Part shown: piece by piece, positions 36,199 through 50,408 of the stretch | How the letters are laid out: the number at the start of each line of letters is the position of its first letter | How positions within the stretch are numbered: the stretch's first letter is position 1 | Notes under the pieces: generated by a model | What the model was told of the DNA's origin: nothing | Database searches by the model: none | Seen by the model: the letters and a program-made list of their open reading frames with translations, nothing else | Made by a program: the position numbers and the translations under genes | Assembly: GCA_001244265.2 (NCBI GenBank) | Contig: CDLV01000011.1 | Coordinates: 434,001 to 498,000 of the forward strand | DNA length: 64,000 bases | Direction of reading: 5' to 3' | From: Microbotryum violaceum | Lineage: Eukaryota

Positions 36199-36401
36199 GC
36201 GTGGCGCACCTACACCACGTCTCTCTACTTCTGCTATAGCCCGCATGCTCTCCTCCTTGCAGTACACTTGTTTCAACACGTCATCATCTAGGTCTTTTCA
36301 GCTTCCTTCTTACCTGTATACATGTCTATCAAACTCCAAGCTTCAACGCTCTTCATGGTCGTGCGACATGTGAGGAACGATGAGCAATGTGTGCGAGTCT
36401 T

Positions 36402-37339
36402 CTAAGATGATTGGCGCAAGGTGAATGCCTTGTTGGATGAGCTGCTCTTGGTCCTTTTTTCAATCTCGTCAAAATTATTCTTCTTCGCTTGATCCTGTTC
36501 CTTCGGGAAGCTGGCCTTGTCCTTCTTCGACTGTTGATACTCCTTTGGCCGCACACTTTACTCGTGACTGGGGAAGAAGTTGGGGGCACCGGACAAGCAA
36601 GACTATGGTTGCAGAACATAACAGGATGAGACCGAGCAAGTGCAGACGCAGGTGATCGATTTACGCGACCGTTTACTTCGCCCTGGGATCCGAGAGATTC
36701 CTGAGAGGTTCGATGTCATTTTTCATCGGCTTCACGGCCACGGCTCGACTGTTCTACCTGTCGCCGTCTGATGAAGGGAAAATCAGACCCGGGGAGCTCG
36801 ACGCACTCAAGTGAGTTTGAACTTACCATATGGTGAAGCACACTCGAACTAATGCGCAGCAACTCGCATGTTTCAGTCGCCAAGTTCTAGCTCGCTTTCC
36901 GTGCTCGGTTGTCGCCCTCGTCTTCACCCCAGCTGGCGTGCTGCTGTGGCTCGGCCATCAGAACCACGTGATCGACCTGTGGTTTTTCGACCCCGACCAA
37001 AGTCGGGGACGATGATCGAGTAGGGCGATTCTCCGACGGAGTGGTGCTGCCGGACTTCGGCTTCTCCGACACAGTCTGGAAGCTCTCGTCCGTGTCATTG
37101 GTGCCCAGCCAGACACCTGGATACAGCACACACCGCCTGAGCTGGACTTTGAAAGCGACGAATCTGACCCTTGCAGTCTCCGAAAACTTCACCTTGCCAG
37201 GACGCTATGGTGAGGCCGAGCGCGACAAAGCCGTGAATGGCGGCAGTTGCAATGACTACCAGCGTAGACAACACCGCCGACTTGGAGACCCCGACCGGAG
37301 AACATCGTCGCGCTCGGCCTGTGTACCACTATCCGACAT
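36402..37339 (-). CDS. Possible small hypothetical spliced gene
   Basis: Coding-like segments (KFSETARVRF...; SVRPKEYQQSKKDK...RQSS*) and a GTAAGT donor near 36826; no family recognised. Confidence 0.3.
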
Positions 37340-37485
37340 GAGCTTTGTTACACAAGTATAAACTGACTACATAATTATGTTCTCATTTTGTAGCTGTCAT
37401 GCGAAACCCACCTACACCGGCGAGGGCAACGCGCGCACTGCAATCGGAGCTCATAAAAAAGGCAATCAGTGAGGTCATCATTTCG

Positions 37486-37512
37486 GATGATGATGATGAT
37501 GATGATGATGAT
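37486..37512. repeat. (GAT)9 microsatellite
   Basis: Direct reading. Confidence 0.85.
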
Positions 37513-37937
37513 TTGTTGCCATATAAAGGCATGCACAGTTCAATGTCTCAGATCAAATTGATCCTTCTGGGCAGGATCAAGAAAGGAACTATTGACGCGG
37601 ATCGGGAAGAAAGAAGATCGGATCGGATCGGATCCTCCGGTGATCTGATCTTATGAGAACCGTTGGAAGGCGAGGAGGACGACGCGGCTGCCGCTCGGAC
37701 CGCTGATACAAAGCGGGCTTCGCAGCCTTGGTGCCGCAGTCGGTCAGTCGCCTCGTGCTTCTTCCCCACCTCTCTGCACGTCCATCTATCCTTCTGTGCA
37801 TCGTGAGCTCCCTGTCGAGCTTTTCATTACGTTACCCTATTGCGACTCCTCGGATAATCTTTCACGTGTGTGACGGATCACCTGTTCATTGCTCCTCCAT
37901 CGGGCCTTCGCAAGTCCCTCGACGGTGATCGAACGAG

Positions 37938-40731
37938 ATGCCCAAGCAACGTCATCGTAAGAGGGTCCGCACCGCTCGTCTCAACGCGAACCCATTGGGC
38001 CATACCGAAGCGGAGGCTCCCACCACTATCAACGGTGCTAGTACAGCTGCTCCGAGTGGGTCTGTAGCTTCTACCTCGTCGTCGACGGCGACGGCGACGG
38101 CTCAGCCTGCGAAGGTCGGCAAGAAGGAAGCCGACGCCAGCAACCTCATCGAGCAGCTCAAGTCGGAAGATGACAACCAACGCATTTGGGCAACAGTAAG
38201 TATTCCTTCAACGTCAGAGTTCAGGACTCAAGTTCCGCGGCGAGGGCAGCACAGACAGCGGCTCAATCCATGTTCTCCCTCTCTCCGCAGTCGGCGCTAT
38301 CAAATCTTTTTCTCACCTTACCACCGGGGACTCAGCGACTGTTGCTGTCCAAGAATCTCGTCGGTCTTTTGATCGAGCGTTTGACCGACTCGAACGACCA
38401 TGTCGCCGTCGAAGCGCTCGGTACCTTGCGCAACCTCGCCGTCGCGACCACTTCTTCGCTCGTTTCCGAGATGCACAACAAAAAGGTGCTCGTACCGCTC
38501 GTCACGCACCACCTCCCGATCCTTATTCAACTCTTACCCGAACGATTGGGTCGTGTTCCTCGTGCTGCACCCGCGACTGCACCCCTCCCGAGCACAGCAG
38601 AGGACCGAAAACGAGTCGAAGCCGAGAACGACTCACGCGACACTAGGCATCGACTGTACTGGGACTGGTGCGAGAACGTCGCGATGCTGTTGTGGTGCCT
38701 TGCCGAGACCAACACCAAGGTCTTGAACGGTTTGAACGCCCACGCTTCTCTGCTCGTCGAATTTGCGCTCGCTTTGATCGATTGCGAGGCCCTGGGGCTC
38801 GGCGCGGCTTTTGTCGAGTCACAGGGGATGGAAGTGGAGGGAAAGAAAGGGGGCAAGAAGAACAAGAAGACTGCGGATCAGAAGCGGGAACGAGTCCCGC
38901 TCTTTGTCGCCGTGGCTGCAGGTGAGTTACGTATCCGACTGAATCGAGAGGCAGTAGCTGACGTTCACGTTGAATCGTGGCCGCAGCACAATTCCTTAAC
39001 GCATTCTTGTCCGCGAATCCGACCGCCCACACCTCCATCTGGGCCACGAATGGATCACGTGTTTCCCTCCTCCTGCTCTTGTCGACCTCCGATGCGCCTT
39101 TAGGCAAGACTGCGCGAACCGAAACCCATGCCGCTTCGGACCCCGCGACCGATGCCGAGGAATGGTTGCAACTGCGCGTCTTGGCGTTCGGTATCTTGCT
39201 TCAGTTGTCTAGTGTTGGTGGTGGACGCAAGGTTGAGCGCACAACTATTCGCGACCAGCTCAAGGAGTGCCAAACTTTGTTGTTGGAGTTGGTCGGAACT
39301 GATTTGGCGGCGGTGGCGACGGCGAGTCATGAGTCGCTCAAGGAGGTAGGTGCTACGTTGGAACGCTGAGAATGATATACAGAACACCTCGCTGACTCAT
39401 TTTCGGAACACCCGTAGGAGGCGAGTCTCGCCGACAAGTCGACAAGCTCGGCAGCGACAGCCAAACTTGCCTCATACGAGAGGCAACTCTCGACATTGCA
39501 GCTCTCAATGGAAGTGCTCAGCGAATGGTGTGCCTCCTTGGACGCCGAGGCTTTGGGCCAGGACGCTATCGAGGATGAGGATGAAGAATGGGGAGGGATC
39601 GCGAAGGATGGTGAAGGTGACGTCGAGATGGATGAGGAGGAGGCGGAGATGGGCGAACCTGAGGACGGCATTATTCGCAAGGTCCTTCCAATGGAGGAGG
39701 ATGAGGACTTGGATGTGCAGCCGACACTTGAACTTGGAGCTTCGGCATTGACACTCTTTGTCGATCTCCAAGCCAAGCTCGCCAAGCTTGCTCAACCTTC
39801 GACTTCATTGTCATTCGCTCAATCGGCGTCTTCGGGTGTAGCACCAGCTTTCGCACCGTCTCTTCTCCCAACATCAACGACGGCGGATTCCACAGCCACG
39901 GTCGAGGCTGCCTCGCTTCTCTCCTCGAACGTTGTCCCGTCCGAACTCGCCCCCATTGCCGATATCATCTCTACCATCCATGTTCGAGCGATCGAAACGC
40001 TCAACAACTTGTACATTACTCTTGCCCGAGCAATTTCCGCACCGAACGTCACGTCGTTCCTGTCTTCCCGGAAGGACGAATTGCAACAGGTTTGGGAATC
40101 GATACTTAACCTCGTCCACCGAGCAACAGTCCCCTCTGGTCTCCCATCGACTTCTGCGGATGCCGAAACCATCGAGGAACGTCAGCGTGAGATCGTCATG
40201 GCCGGCACTGGAGTCGCATGGGGTCTCGCACGCATTAGCCACGAGATGGAGAACGCAGCCCTCATCGTCGGTCAAGCGACGACCCCTTTCCTCCTCTCCC
40301 TCTTCTCCCACCCTTTCGCAACCGCCACAACTCCTGCGGCCGAATCGATCCGCGTTCGTATCGCCGGTGCGTTGGGTTGGTTGGGTCGAAGGGAAGGCGT
40401 TTCGAACGAAGAGAACGAAACGATCGGCACGTTCCTGCTTTCCATCTTGCCCCTCGACAAATCGACCTTTTCACCTTTCAACCCCACACCCGAAGTCTTG
40501 ATCCAATCGATCGATTCGCTCATCGATCTCTACGCCGACGAAGATAGCGCCTACGACGTCGCCGTTTTCCGCTCCAAGGGTTTCTTGCCTCGCTTGGAAG
40601 TAAGCGTATCGGGGGTGAGGGCTCAGATGAAGAAGATTGATCGGAAAAAGTTCCCCGAGCTGAGGACGAGGGCCGATGGCGCGCTGGAGAACTTGGACGC
40701 TTTCGTCAAGTACCGCAAGAATATCGTTTAA
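37938..40731 (+). CDS. SYO1: Symportin-1 (ARM/HEAT adaptor for Rpl5/Rpl11 import)
   Basis: Basic N-terminal NLS MPKQRHRKRVR...NPLG; VEALGTLRNL; acidic loop; C-terminal IDLYADED...RADGALENLDAFVKYR. Confidence 0.8.
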
Positions 40732-40897
40732 GATATTGTTCGTTCTTCGTTGCAAGTATTCGGTCGCTTTTGCATGGTATCTTGTCCTCGCTTTGTCTTC
40801 CGATTTTTGTAATCGCACATGGAAATTGAATTACGTAACAAGGATCTCATGCATGGACTTGTTTTGCTCTATCGTGAGGATGCCCCGAGAGCGTAGT

Positions 40898-42972
40898 CTA
40901 CACCTTTCGAACCCTGACGCCACTCTGCTTCAAGTGCGATTTGACATCCTCGATGGGCACCTCCTTGCGGTGGAAGATCCCCGCCGCTAAAGCCGCTTCA
41001 GCTCTCGTTTCCCTAAACACTTCTTTGAAATCCTCAGGTTTGCCTGCTCCCGAACTAGCGACGACAGGGATCCCGACGGCGCTTCGGACCAAGTCGACTA
41101 GTCGAAGGTCAAAGCCGGCTTTGGACCCATCGCGATCGACCGAATTGAGTAACAACTCGCCCGCGCCCAAGCGTTCGACCCCTTGCGCGAGTTGGACCAC
41201 GTCGAGGTCCCGCATCTCTCGCCCGCCTCGGACGGTACATTGGTACCAGCAGAACTGCTCGCCCTTCGGTCCGAGGTCGGGTTTGACGGGCGCCGTTGTC
41301 GGTGCCTTGCTCGGCAGCTGAGGCGAAGCAAGATCAACAGCATTTTTCCGGTGAGGTTGAGGAATCTGATCCAAAGAGGTCGCATAGACTCGTTTCGGGT
41401 CGATCGAGACCACGACGGCTTGGTTGCCGTACGCCTTGGAGATGGTCTCGATGCCGGTCTTGCCACTTAGGGGTTCCTCGCCCTTGGCCTCTCGTTCCAG
41501 CAGGTCCTCGACAGCAAAGACGGCATCGGACCCGATCGAGACCTTGTCGGCACCACATCGGAAGTAAGTACCCGCGACTTCCAGAGCGCTTCGTTGCGAT
41601 CCATCAGGATCAACCGTATCGCGAATGCCTCCTCCGATCGTCAGAGGGACAAAGACGGTCTTGGCGGATTGTCGAACGACGTCAAGCATCGGTTGATCGT
41701 GCAATGGACAAGAGCGGAACGAAGTAATATTGAGGAAGGCAATCTCGTCCGCGCCTTCGGCAAAGTATCGCCGGGCCAGATCGACGGGTTTGCCGAGGTT
41801 GCGCACGGCTCGCGAAGGTTTTGGCGGTGGGACATCGGTGGAAGAGGATCCCTCGTCGGCGTTGATGGAGGGTGTGGGCGTCGCTGTTGTTGTCGATTCT
41901 TCTGCTTCCCGTACATCGTATTGATCCCCCTTGGTGACGACGAGATCACCTTGATCGTTCGCTCGGACGTCGAGGCAGGCGACAACACGCTTTGTGAACC
42001 CACGCGCGACGAGTTCCTCCTTCACATCTGCCCTCGGTCGCTTTTGCTGTCCACTCGTGTCGACCATGGCTTCACCTTGGTCCAACCAAGCCCTGAGCAC
42101 ATCCAGTCCGGCTTGCCCACTCTTCTCGGGATGGAACTGGGTGGCGAAAACGTTGCCTTTCTGCACTGACGAGACGTAGACCTCGTCGCCGTACTGCGTC
42201 AAGGTCAACGCCCAGTCCTCAACGTCCGGACCGAATTCAACGCGATACGAGTGAACAAAGTAAAAAGCACTTTCGCCGGACAGACCGAACGCCTCGGCCC
42301 TGTCCGCTCGAAGAGGGATTGCGCCGTTCCATCCCATGCAAGGAACACTCTTGCCTCCTGCGGGAGAGAACTTGCCGACGTGGGCGGGGATAACACCCAG
42401 ACCTTGTTCGGACGAGGACTCAGACGAGGATTGAAAGAGGGCTTGCATGCCGATGCAGATACCCATGTAGGGGCGACCCGAGGCGATGTACTTCTTGAGC
42501 GGTTCGGCGAAGCCCTTGTCACGAAGCGATCGCAGCGCCGAGTCGAACGAGCCTACGCCGGGAAAGAGGATGCGCTGCGGGATAGTATTCGCATCATCAG
42601 CATTTGAGCACATTTCGATCATCGTGGAGCAACCCCCGATCGATGAGAATCGGCCGAGACACGAGCTGATCGACAATGTGAGTGCACGACGACGAGCGGA
42701 GGTGGGTCGACACGCTTCGCAGGGAGTGTACAGCCGACGTATTGAGCTTGGGAGGTCACTCACATCTGCTTTTTCAATATCCTCGACTGTCTCTACCCAT
42801 TTGAAGTCGAATCCGAGCGATCGAACCGAGTTGGCTGCACCGGAAGCACCGGAAGCACCCGAGCCCAGCATCATCGTTAGCTCGTCGAGCATCTCGGAAA
42901 CGGTACACAAAAAGCGTGCGACTCACCCAAAGAGGCAACATTACCAGCACCATAATCGAGGATGTAGAGCAT
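40898..42972 (-). CDS. HIS7: Imidazole glycerol phosphate synthase (fused HisH-HisF)
   Basis: MLYILDYGAGNV, FPGVG, GICIGMQ, FYFVHSY, TQFHPEKSG, ACLDVRAND, ALAAGIFHR. Confidence 0.97.
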
Positions 42973-44437
42973 GATGGACTGGGACCGAGGATGCCGACGG
43001 CGATGAGGAACGACGTAGCGAAAGAACATCCGTAAAGAGCATCCGTCGCGCTTGACTCACAAGACGGTTATCACCCCAGCGCGGTCCGAGCTCAATTTTC
43101 ACCTTCCGATCCTTGCACCCGAGACATGATTTGACTCCAACAGCTGACATGGAGCCGATGTTCTGCCCCACTCGTTGACCAGTCTTTGACTTTGAAGTTC
43201 CCTCCACCAAGAATGAACCCCTATCCCAATCAGAAAATCCCGAGGTTTTGCGAGGCCAGTGACCCGTCTTGCTCCCCATTGCCGTTCAGCTCATTGCTAT
43301 AGAGTGCTGTACTAATCCGGTAAGCAGCACTTACAACACAGAGCGACTTACAACACAGAACAATTCAGTCGTCATCAACGTCCCAAGTCCGGTCAAGTTG
43401 CTACGCGAGCGATATCCGGACTTTCCGCCGTCTATAGACTCGGGCTTGTTCGGGAGTAGTCCCCAAGTCCCACATGTAAAAGGAAAGCGACTAGACCATA
43501 GCTTAGCGGATGGTGAGGCACGGTGTTACAACACGACGGTCAGAACTTGATATCAATCCAAATAGAAAGCTAAGAGGAAGCGCTCTCGGGTTGAACTCGT
43601 TCCAAAATCCCTACGGCGCCATCCACACTCGCGCCCAAACTTCAAAAGCGGCCTTGTCGGGAGCTTGTAGGCTCGTGCTCGTGGAAACTCCAACCCTCAC
43701 TTTCACCGGACATCAAACCTCCTCTGATGCTCTTGCGCTCGTCGAAGCGTCCGTCGTTCAGATGCAGCATCTTTCGAGAGAGCCGTGAAGACCTACCGGA
43801 GCTTGATCCGGTCCCAGATAACGAGGGACACGAGCGTACAAAACCACTCGCGCCCATAAAAGTATACGTGGCGACCCGCAGCTCCGTTAAAGAGGGTCAA
43901 ATACACCGTCAACCGGATCGAAGCGAGCGTACAGTGCAGCTTTCCGCTCGCATGATCTCCTATGGTCAATGTGTAAACTTTGATCTGTTCCAGAAACATC
44001 GTTCCCCGACCGGTGAAAAGGCCCTTGAACAAGGGCGGCTGATGTGAGGGTCACCATCCGAGTCTTGTTCCCAGACAAACATTTTAATCGAGTAGACGAC
44101 CTGGGAACAAAGCAAGGGAAAGCGCATTTCTCGCCGCCGTCTCCTTCGACGAGCAAGTGAGGCTGCACCGAGACAGACAAAGGCTCGAGATGGGCCGCGC
44201 TGACGGTGTGGAGTCAAAGACAGGCCGGGCATTCGTTCCTACATCACAGCAGAAGGAGTAAGCGCATGGTTCTGACTGGTGCCCACGATGCCGGCACGAG
44301 TCCACCATCGCCATCTATCGCTTAGCCACGAACTCCATCACCAAGAGCACCTCGTACTCGTCGACTAGGAGGCGGGACCGGTCGTAGCAAGAGGGGATGC
44401 GGGGCTTCTCGCCTACAACATCGAGACAGCCCCACTT

Positions 44438-44813
44438 GACGCGACACCGCTACGGGCGGCATTGTTCCAAGACTTGGAACAGCAAGTAATACCGGCGGTC
44501 TGCTCCCTCTACCAATCTCTGCGCGCTACACTTCCACGAGGGTGCAAAAAACGGCCGCCGGCTCAGCGAGATGGGGTCAAGTCATTCAATCCAAGCCCTC
44601 TCGTGTACTACTCGAGCAGATCAGGGCTGCAACAGTCGACAGAGGGTCTGCTCAAGTGGTACACGAGAGGGCATGGATTGAATGACTTGACCCCATCTCG
44701 CTGAGCCGGCGGCTGTTTCCTGCACCCTCGTGGAAGTGTAGCGCGCAGAGATTGGTAGGGGGTACTTGCTGTTCCAAGCCTTGCAACAATGGCGCCTGTA
44801 CCGGTGTCGCGTC
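44438..44813. repeat. Long imperfect inverted repeat (fold-back hairpin)
   Basis: 44438-44620 pairs with 44647-44813; 26-nt loop, ~12 mismatches, one ~17-nt bulge. Confidence 0.93.
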
Positions 44814-45447
44814 GTGTCGGTACGATCCGCGTGCTGTATTGGCTGACCGTTCTCCCGTGGTTAGATTGCCTCGTTCTGGGCCCCACCTTGTGCAGTGCAC
44901 TGACCTAGAGTCGGCTACCTATTGGTTCAGGTACGTGCTGAGCTTTTTCTTCTTGCCGCGAGACCGGGTTTTGGAGAACGCTCTACTTCCCTCCCGAGTC
45001 GGTCGAGGACGACCTGGGTCACTTCAGCTTCTACGACGCACACAGCACTCTCTGGGAGAAAAGCCCTCACCCTCTTACTCGTGCAACACTTTGTTGTCCG
45101 TCCTCGGTAAACGCTCGCCGGAATTGAGGGGTTGGTTTTCTTGATCCAAGGGTATCCCCCTGACTACGCTTGGAACCCGGATGCGGAGGCCCTCAAGGGG
45201 ACTTGCACAAAGCTCAAAATGGAGAGGGTGCAGGCGAGACTGCGTCAGTTGCTCAAGCTCGATGAAGTGGACTCGAAAACTTCATGGTTTGCAAAAGCTG
45301 CGAAGCGTGTGGCTGTGTGGTCGGACAGAAATTGCACGCGTCCGGTTCCGAATCAGACGACAGCCCAATCAGGTTCACGAGAGCTTCATCAGGGTTTTCA
45401 GATATCAATTACATGCATGCAATTACACTCTATTCGCTTCGCCATAA

Positions 45448-48400
45448 TCAAGCCTTGACAATCGCATCCGATGATCCTGCTTTCGCAGCCAAAGGCCAAG
45501 AGCAGTACCGATCGGCGATGTAGGAAACGGACCACGTCCCTTCTTGTCTCGTCAAAATGGAGTACTTGTGTTCCGTGATACCTCTGTGAAGACGTTTAAG
45601 CCATCTCAAACGTGTCAGCTTGGTTGCCCAAGGCACGTACAGAGTATGTCGAACAACTCACACAACAGTATGCGTCTCCAACACGGTCTTATCCTTGGAT
45701 CGATCCTGCGGCCTTCGACGCGAATACGTAAACGAGAAAGGCGGTGTCCCCGTAAAGCTAAACACGATCTCAGTTTTATCCCCTTCTCGAATATCAACAA
45801 CGATCGAGTCCCCTTCCGAGACGGAGGCCGTCGGGATCGGGTGTATTTTCTTATATCTGAGAGCGAATTTAAGCGCCATCCAAAGTTAGCAACGCACGCT
45901 GGATTGTCAGATAAACAGCAGGAAGTCTGAACTCACAGATCCACATCGTTGGATCGACACTGATCATTCTCATGCCCCACACTGACGATCTTGAACGTTC
46001 CCGGTGCGCTAGCGAGTCGCGAGAATTTGCTCATCGCCAACGCCGCCGAATGGGCCTTGCCCTCGAACTCGTACTTGACCGTGAAGGGGGGAGCCCCTTG
46101 TACGATGTAGTCGAGCGTCTCGCCCACGCAGGCATCAATGGTGGGCAATACAGGAGTGATCGACGCAATCTCTGCGACGGACAGAGTCACCGACGCGTCG
46201 GCCAACCCCGGTAGCATGCGTTCGCATCCGTGGGCATCAACGACCCTTCGAACGGTGATGGTATGCGGTGAAGGCGAGTCGATCCGGAACGGAACCGAGG
46301 CGGGCCAATCGTGACTATTAATTCGGTCGATCGCAAACTCCTTGGTATGGCGATGCCCCTCGTCCTTGACCTCGATCTCGATGTTGAAAGGTGGTGTACC
46401 TTCAAGGTGCAAAATGAGATCATCCGGGCCACGCGACTCGATCTTGTCCTTGACGCAAAAGCCCTGCTTGGGACCGTGGGTGAACTTGGTCGAGGGTAGA
46501 GGCCAGACATCTTGCTCGATGCGAACGACGCCGGATCGACCGCCCGTCGGTGCGACCAGTCCTCTTTCTGACGGATTCGAGTAGACGGAATCGCCAACGC
46601 CAGTGAAGGTGTACGTGTGGTGGCCCGCAGCTCCAGTGAAGAGGGTCAGATCCGCAGTCGACTGGATCGACGCCAGCGTCCGAGGAAGCTTTTCGCTCGC
46701 ATGTCCTCCCTTGGTCAAAGTGTAGGCACCCTTGTACGGGGCCTTGCCCTTGAACCTGATCGAAGTGGAATCGACGACGTTCTCGCAAACCCCTCGGCGA
46801 ATGAGGCTACCATTCTTGACGAGGGTGTTGCCCTTGAGCCCTTCAACGATTTGCAAAGAAGGCCGCTCAATCATCGACACGGACCAATCCGTCTCCGAGA
46901 CATCGCCAGGGCAGTACGAGTCGCGCACGCCCAAGAGCTCGTACGTCCCCGGTCGAGGGTTCTCGATGTCAAGGTCGACGTTCGGTCGAGACGATTTGAA
47001 CTGCAGAGGTTGACTCGGAGTCGAGCCAATCGAAGGCGGTCGGTACGTGACGGTCCAGGGTCCTTCGCCCGTCAGTCGTAGAGGGATGCGAGCGTTCTCG
47101 TTGTCGCGAATCGTGATCGAGCGAGCTCCCTCGGCGCCGTGGAAGCGTGCAGTTGGCTTGGTCCTTCGCACATCGACGATGAGATCGTCGGTGTTGAGCG
47201 TGCGTCGACATCCGTTGGCATCCTTGACGCTCTCTGCGGGTGCACGGGTCCACAATCATATCAGTAGAAGCTCCGGCGGCGACGACAGTCACTCGACGTA
47301 CCAAGCGAAATCGCAAACTGTCCACCCCTCTTCGCAACACTACTCGGCACCGCAACCTCGAAAGCATACCTCTGCGTCTTGATCGCTCCCACCTTCTTCG
47401 TTCCCTGCCCAACAAGCGAGTACTCAATCTCCCAAGGCGCAGTCCCCTTGAGATCCACCTGAACCTCCAACGATTCCCCTTCGCACGAATGCACAATTTT
47501 TCTTTCCCTCGGGTTGACCCAGGCCGCATCACTGATCGGGTCGATCTTTTGCTTCGTACGGTAAGTCGGATCGTCGTTCGCTAGATCGATCCCGTCGGGG
47601 TAATTCGCATCCGCGACGCGAAGGAAGCGGTATTCCCATTCGCCTGGACCGGGAGGCTCGAGTCGAAGTTCGTCGCGCGCATGCAAGATACGATGCCTCA
47701 TACGTGTGGGTCGATGCGGAGCAGCGGCAGAGACGAGTTCGTAGTGAATCGTGAAGGGCGCTTTGCCCGTCATGTGGAGCGTGGCGATGGACCCGACCTC
47801 GAGATTGCAGACATCGTGAACGGGTTTGAACGACGTCGTGAGCGATGGGAGAGGTTGTGAGACAACGGTGCACTGTGGTAGTTATCGCGGGACTATCAGG
47901 TCTGCGAGTCATTCGCAGTAAATTACCGCCGTCGACTCACCGAACTCGGCACCAACACGCTCCCCTGACACCACTTGCTCTTGACGCTAACGATCTCATA
48001 CACCCCTGGTTCGTTTACAGCAAGTTGTACAGGCGCGACCGTCGTCGGCATCTCCTGCTCCCTCACATGCCCTTGCTCCGACGTGAACCTCACCACAATC
48101 TTCCACCCCTCCGCCGCTCCATTCTGAGCCTCCACGCCGGTCAATCGCAAATTTAACGCCGCGGTCTTGCCTTGCAACAGGTTGACGTCCTCGCCTTTTC
48201 CGCAGACTCCGACGAATTGTACTTCGGGTGGTCGATGCACCGTCACGGATCTCGAGTCCGACATTCCCTTGAGGATCCCTCGACTTTCAGGGCTTTTCTT
48301 CTTCGAATGAGATCCTCCTTCCTCTGTTTGATGATTCGAGAATACAACCTCGTTCCCCGCCGCGTCGGTAACTCGTTCCAAGAAGAAGGTCGTCTTGCCT

Positions 48401-50057
48401 CCCCTCGTCGCCGCGTTCGTAAGCGAAACGTTCATCGGGACGGGGATGATGGCGTTATCTTGTGCCTCGGAAGGGGAAACGATCCCTTCGATCCCATCCT
48501 CGATCTTTCTGCTCGTCAAGGTGCCGACCTCACCTTCCCTCGAGTACCACCTCACACTCAGCGGTTGCTTTCCCTTGACGCTCAAGCCCAAGTCCCACGA
48601 CGCAGCCTCGGTCGAACAGATATGACTCTCCCTGGGTCCCCGCAATCCCGCACGTGGGCAAGTGATGATCTTGATGCGATCGTCGGAAGCGAGGCTCGAC
48701 AAAGGCGAAGTCAAAGGGTTGTTGGCCAAGGCTGAAGCCAGACGATGACGACGGATCTTGATGGGTGTACCGTCGGCGTCGTGTACGGATTCGAGTTGGA
48801 TTTCCCCAACCTCTTTGATGGGGATGTAGTAGAGGTTCTCGGTCGAGGACGCTCTCCGATCGGACGACGAAGCCGAGCCGGACGCTGATGAGCCCTCCTT
48901 TTGGGACGAAGCAGATGATGAGGGAACCAATGCACCCCAGGATGCTAATGTGGCATCGACATCATCGTCGTCGTCGTCATCATCGCGCGCACCGCTGTCG
49001 TTCTTGATTTGCTTGCGGGAAGTCGTTCGCCCACCGGATGATGATGCTTGCACGAGGTCGGCCGAAGTGAGCGTGACCAGACGAGGTTCGTCCGAGCCAG
49101 GTTTCTTGATCGAGTAGACGATCTTGGAGGGCAGGGTGTTGTTGATGCGCAGAGGCAGGTGTATTGTCTCGGTGGAGGAGGAGGTGAGGCAGTATTTGGA
49201 GAGTAACGAGGTATCAAGATGGGCCGTGCTGTGGGACGTGACGAGCTGATCAGCATCAGAGTTTGAGTCGTGATCGAACGCTGGTAACACTCACGACACG
49301 GCGAGGATATGGACGGTGTATTCACCGCGGAGATGGGATCGGTCTGTGCCGATGACGGAGGATATCCGCACCGACTTTTCGGTCGTCGAGAGAGTGGTGC
49401 TCAGCAGCGACGATATCGTGGAGGGCATCAGGAGGGACACCGAGAACTGTGGACATTAAGCGTTTGGGTGAGCAGTTTGCAGGGATGTGGATGCTACGTC
49501 GACTGACCTTCCACTGGCCAAAGAGGATGTAATCGCTCGCGACGAGCACGAGCCGGAGCAGCATCGGCAATTTCCACCCCGCGTCGAACCGCGGTACGCT
49601 GAGCCATACGGCAAAGGCGACAAAGGCAAGGTCGAAACTGATCCACTTGAGCAACTTGGATCCGAGAAAGAGGCCGTCCCAGTCGAGCAGAGCGGTCGAG
49701 GCTGGCTCAGAGGAGGAGGAAGGAAAGACGACCTGCGAGAGCTTGAACGCCTGCAGCAGCACCAGTGACGCGACGACATCTGTAGGATGTAGCAGCAGGC
49801 TTGGTAAGTGGGTTTCAAAGTGATGTGTGGTTCCGTGGATAGCGCTTCGATCGCATCGACCGTGGGCTGGATTGAGCTGAGTCCATGACGACAAGTTGTG
49901 AGTGAGTGCACCTACATAGTCGCTGGGTGGGTGCATCAAGCACATCGAGTGGTATCCGAGGTGATCGCGGGGGAGACGCAGAGCTGGCCGTCTTGGCTGT
50001 TGCTCGACCAGCTGATGATGAGGGTGGAGCTGCTTTGACTGCGGCGACGACGGCCAT
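45448..50057 (-). CDS. POM152: Nuclear pore membrane protein Pom152
   Basis: N-terminal PRIPLDVLDAPTQRL, a TM region, and repeated Ig-like units with G(T/A)PP(F/W) and V.D..GC motifs. Confidence 0.9.
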
Positions 50058-50408
50058 TACGACGTTGCACACCCGACCCGACACCGCGCTGACGTCGTTT
50101 GGGTTGAGCGCGCTCAAGTCGATCGCTGGGAAAGCGCCCCGCGAAAGAGCCGCCGGTGATTGTGAAGCGCACGCAGAAGAGCCGCAGGAGAGCCGCAGGA
50201 GAGCCGCGCGAGAGTACGCAAGTATAGAGCGTCGTCTCTCGTCGTCGGCTGCCTGGTGAGACCGGTGAGACGGGGACAGACAAGGCACTGACAAGCTCTG
50301 ATAAGGCGCTGAGAAAGGCGACCAAGGCGCGTCGCGTGCTTTGACCGCGGTGGGATTCTCTGGACATTCCACGCTCGTATCATCCCACCACAACGAACGA
50401 GTGCGGAC

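Noticed and set aside
42575-42763. Stop-free 189-nt in-frame segment in the HIS7 ORF as a novel 63-aa insertion
   Set aside because: It has a canonical GTGAGT...CAG border, and removing it restores the normal glutaminase sequence, so it is an ordinary intron.
31928-42972. BIO2, SER3 and HIS7 (plus ADE12) as a metabolic gene cluster
   Set aside because: They belong to unrelated pathways and are interspersed with unrelated genes; no other biotin genes are present.
43300-45450. A gene in the HIS7-POM152 gap
   Set aside because: Only short, unconnected ORFs with no recognisable family; a decayed gene cannot be excluded without a database search.
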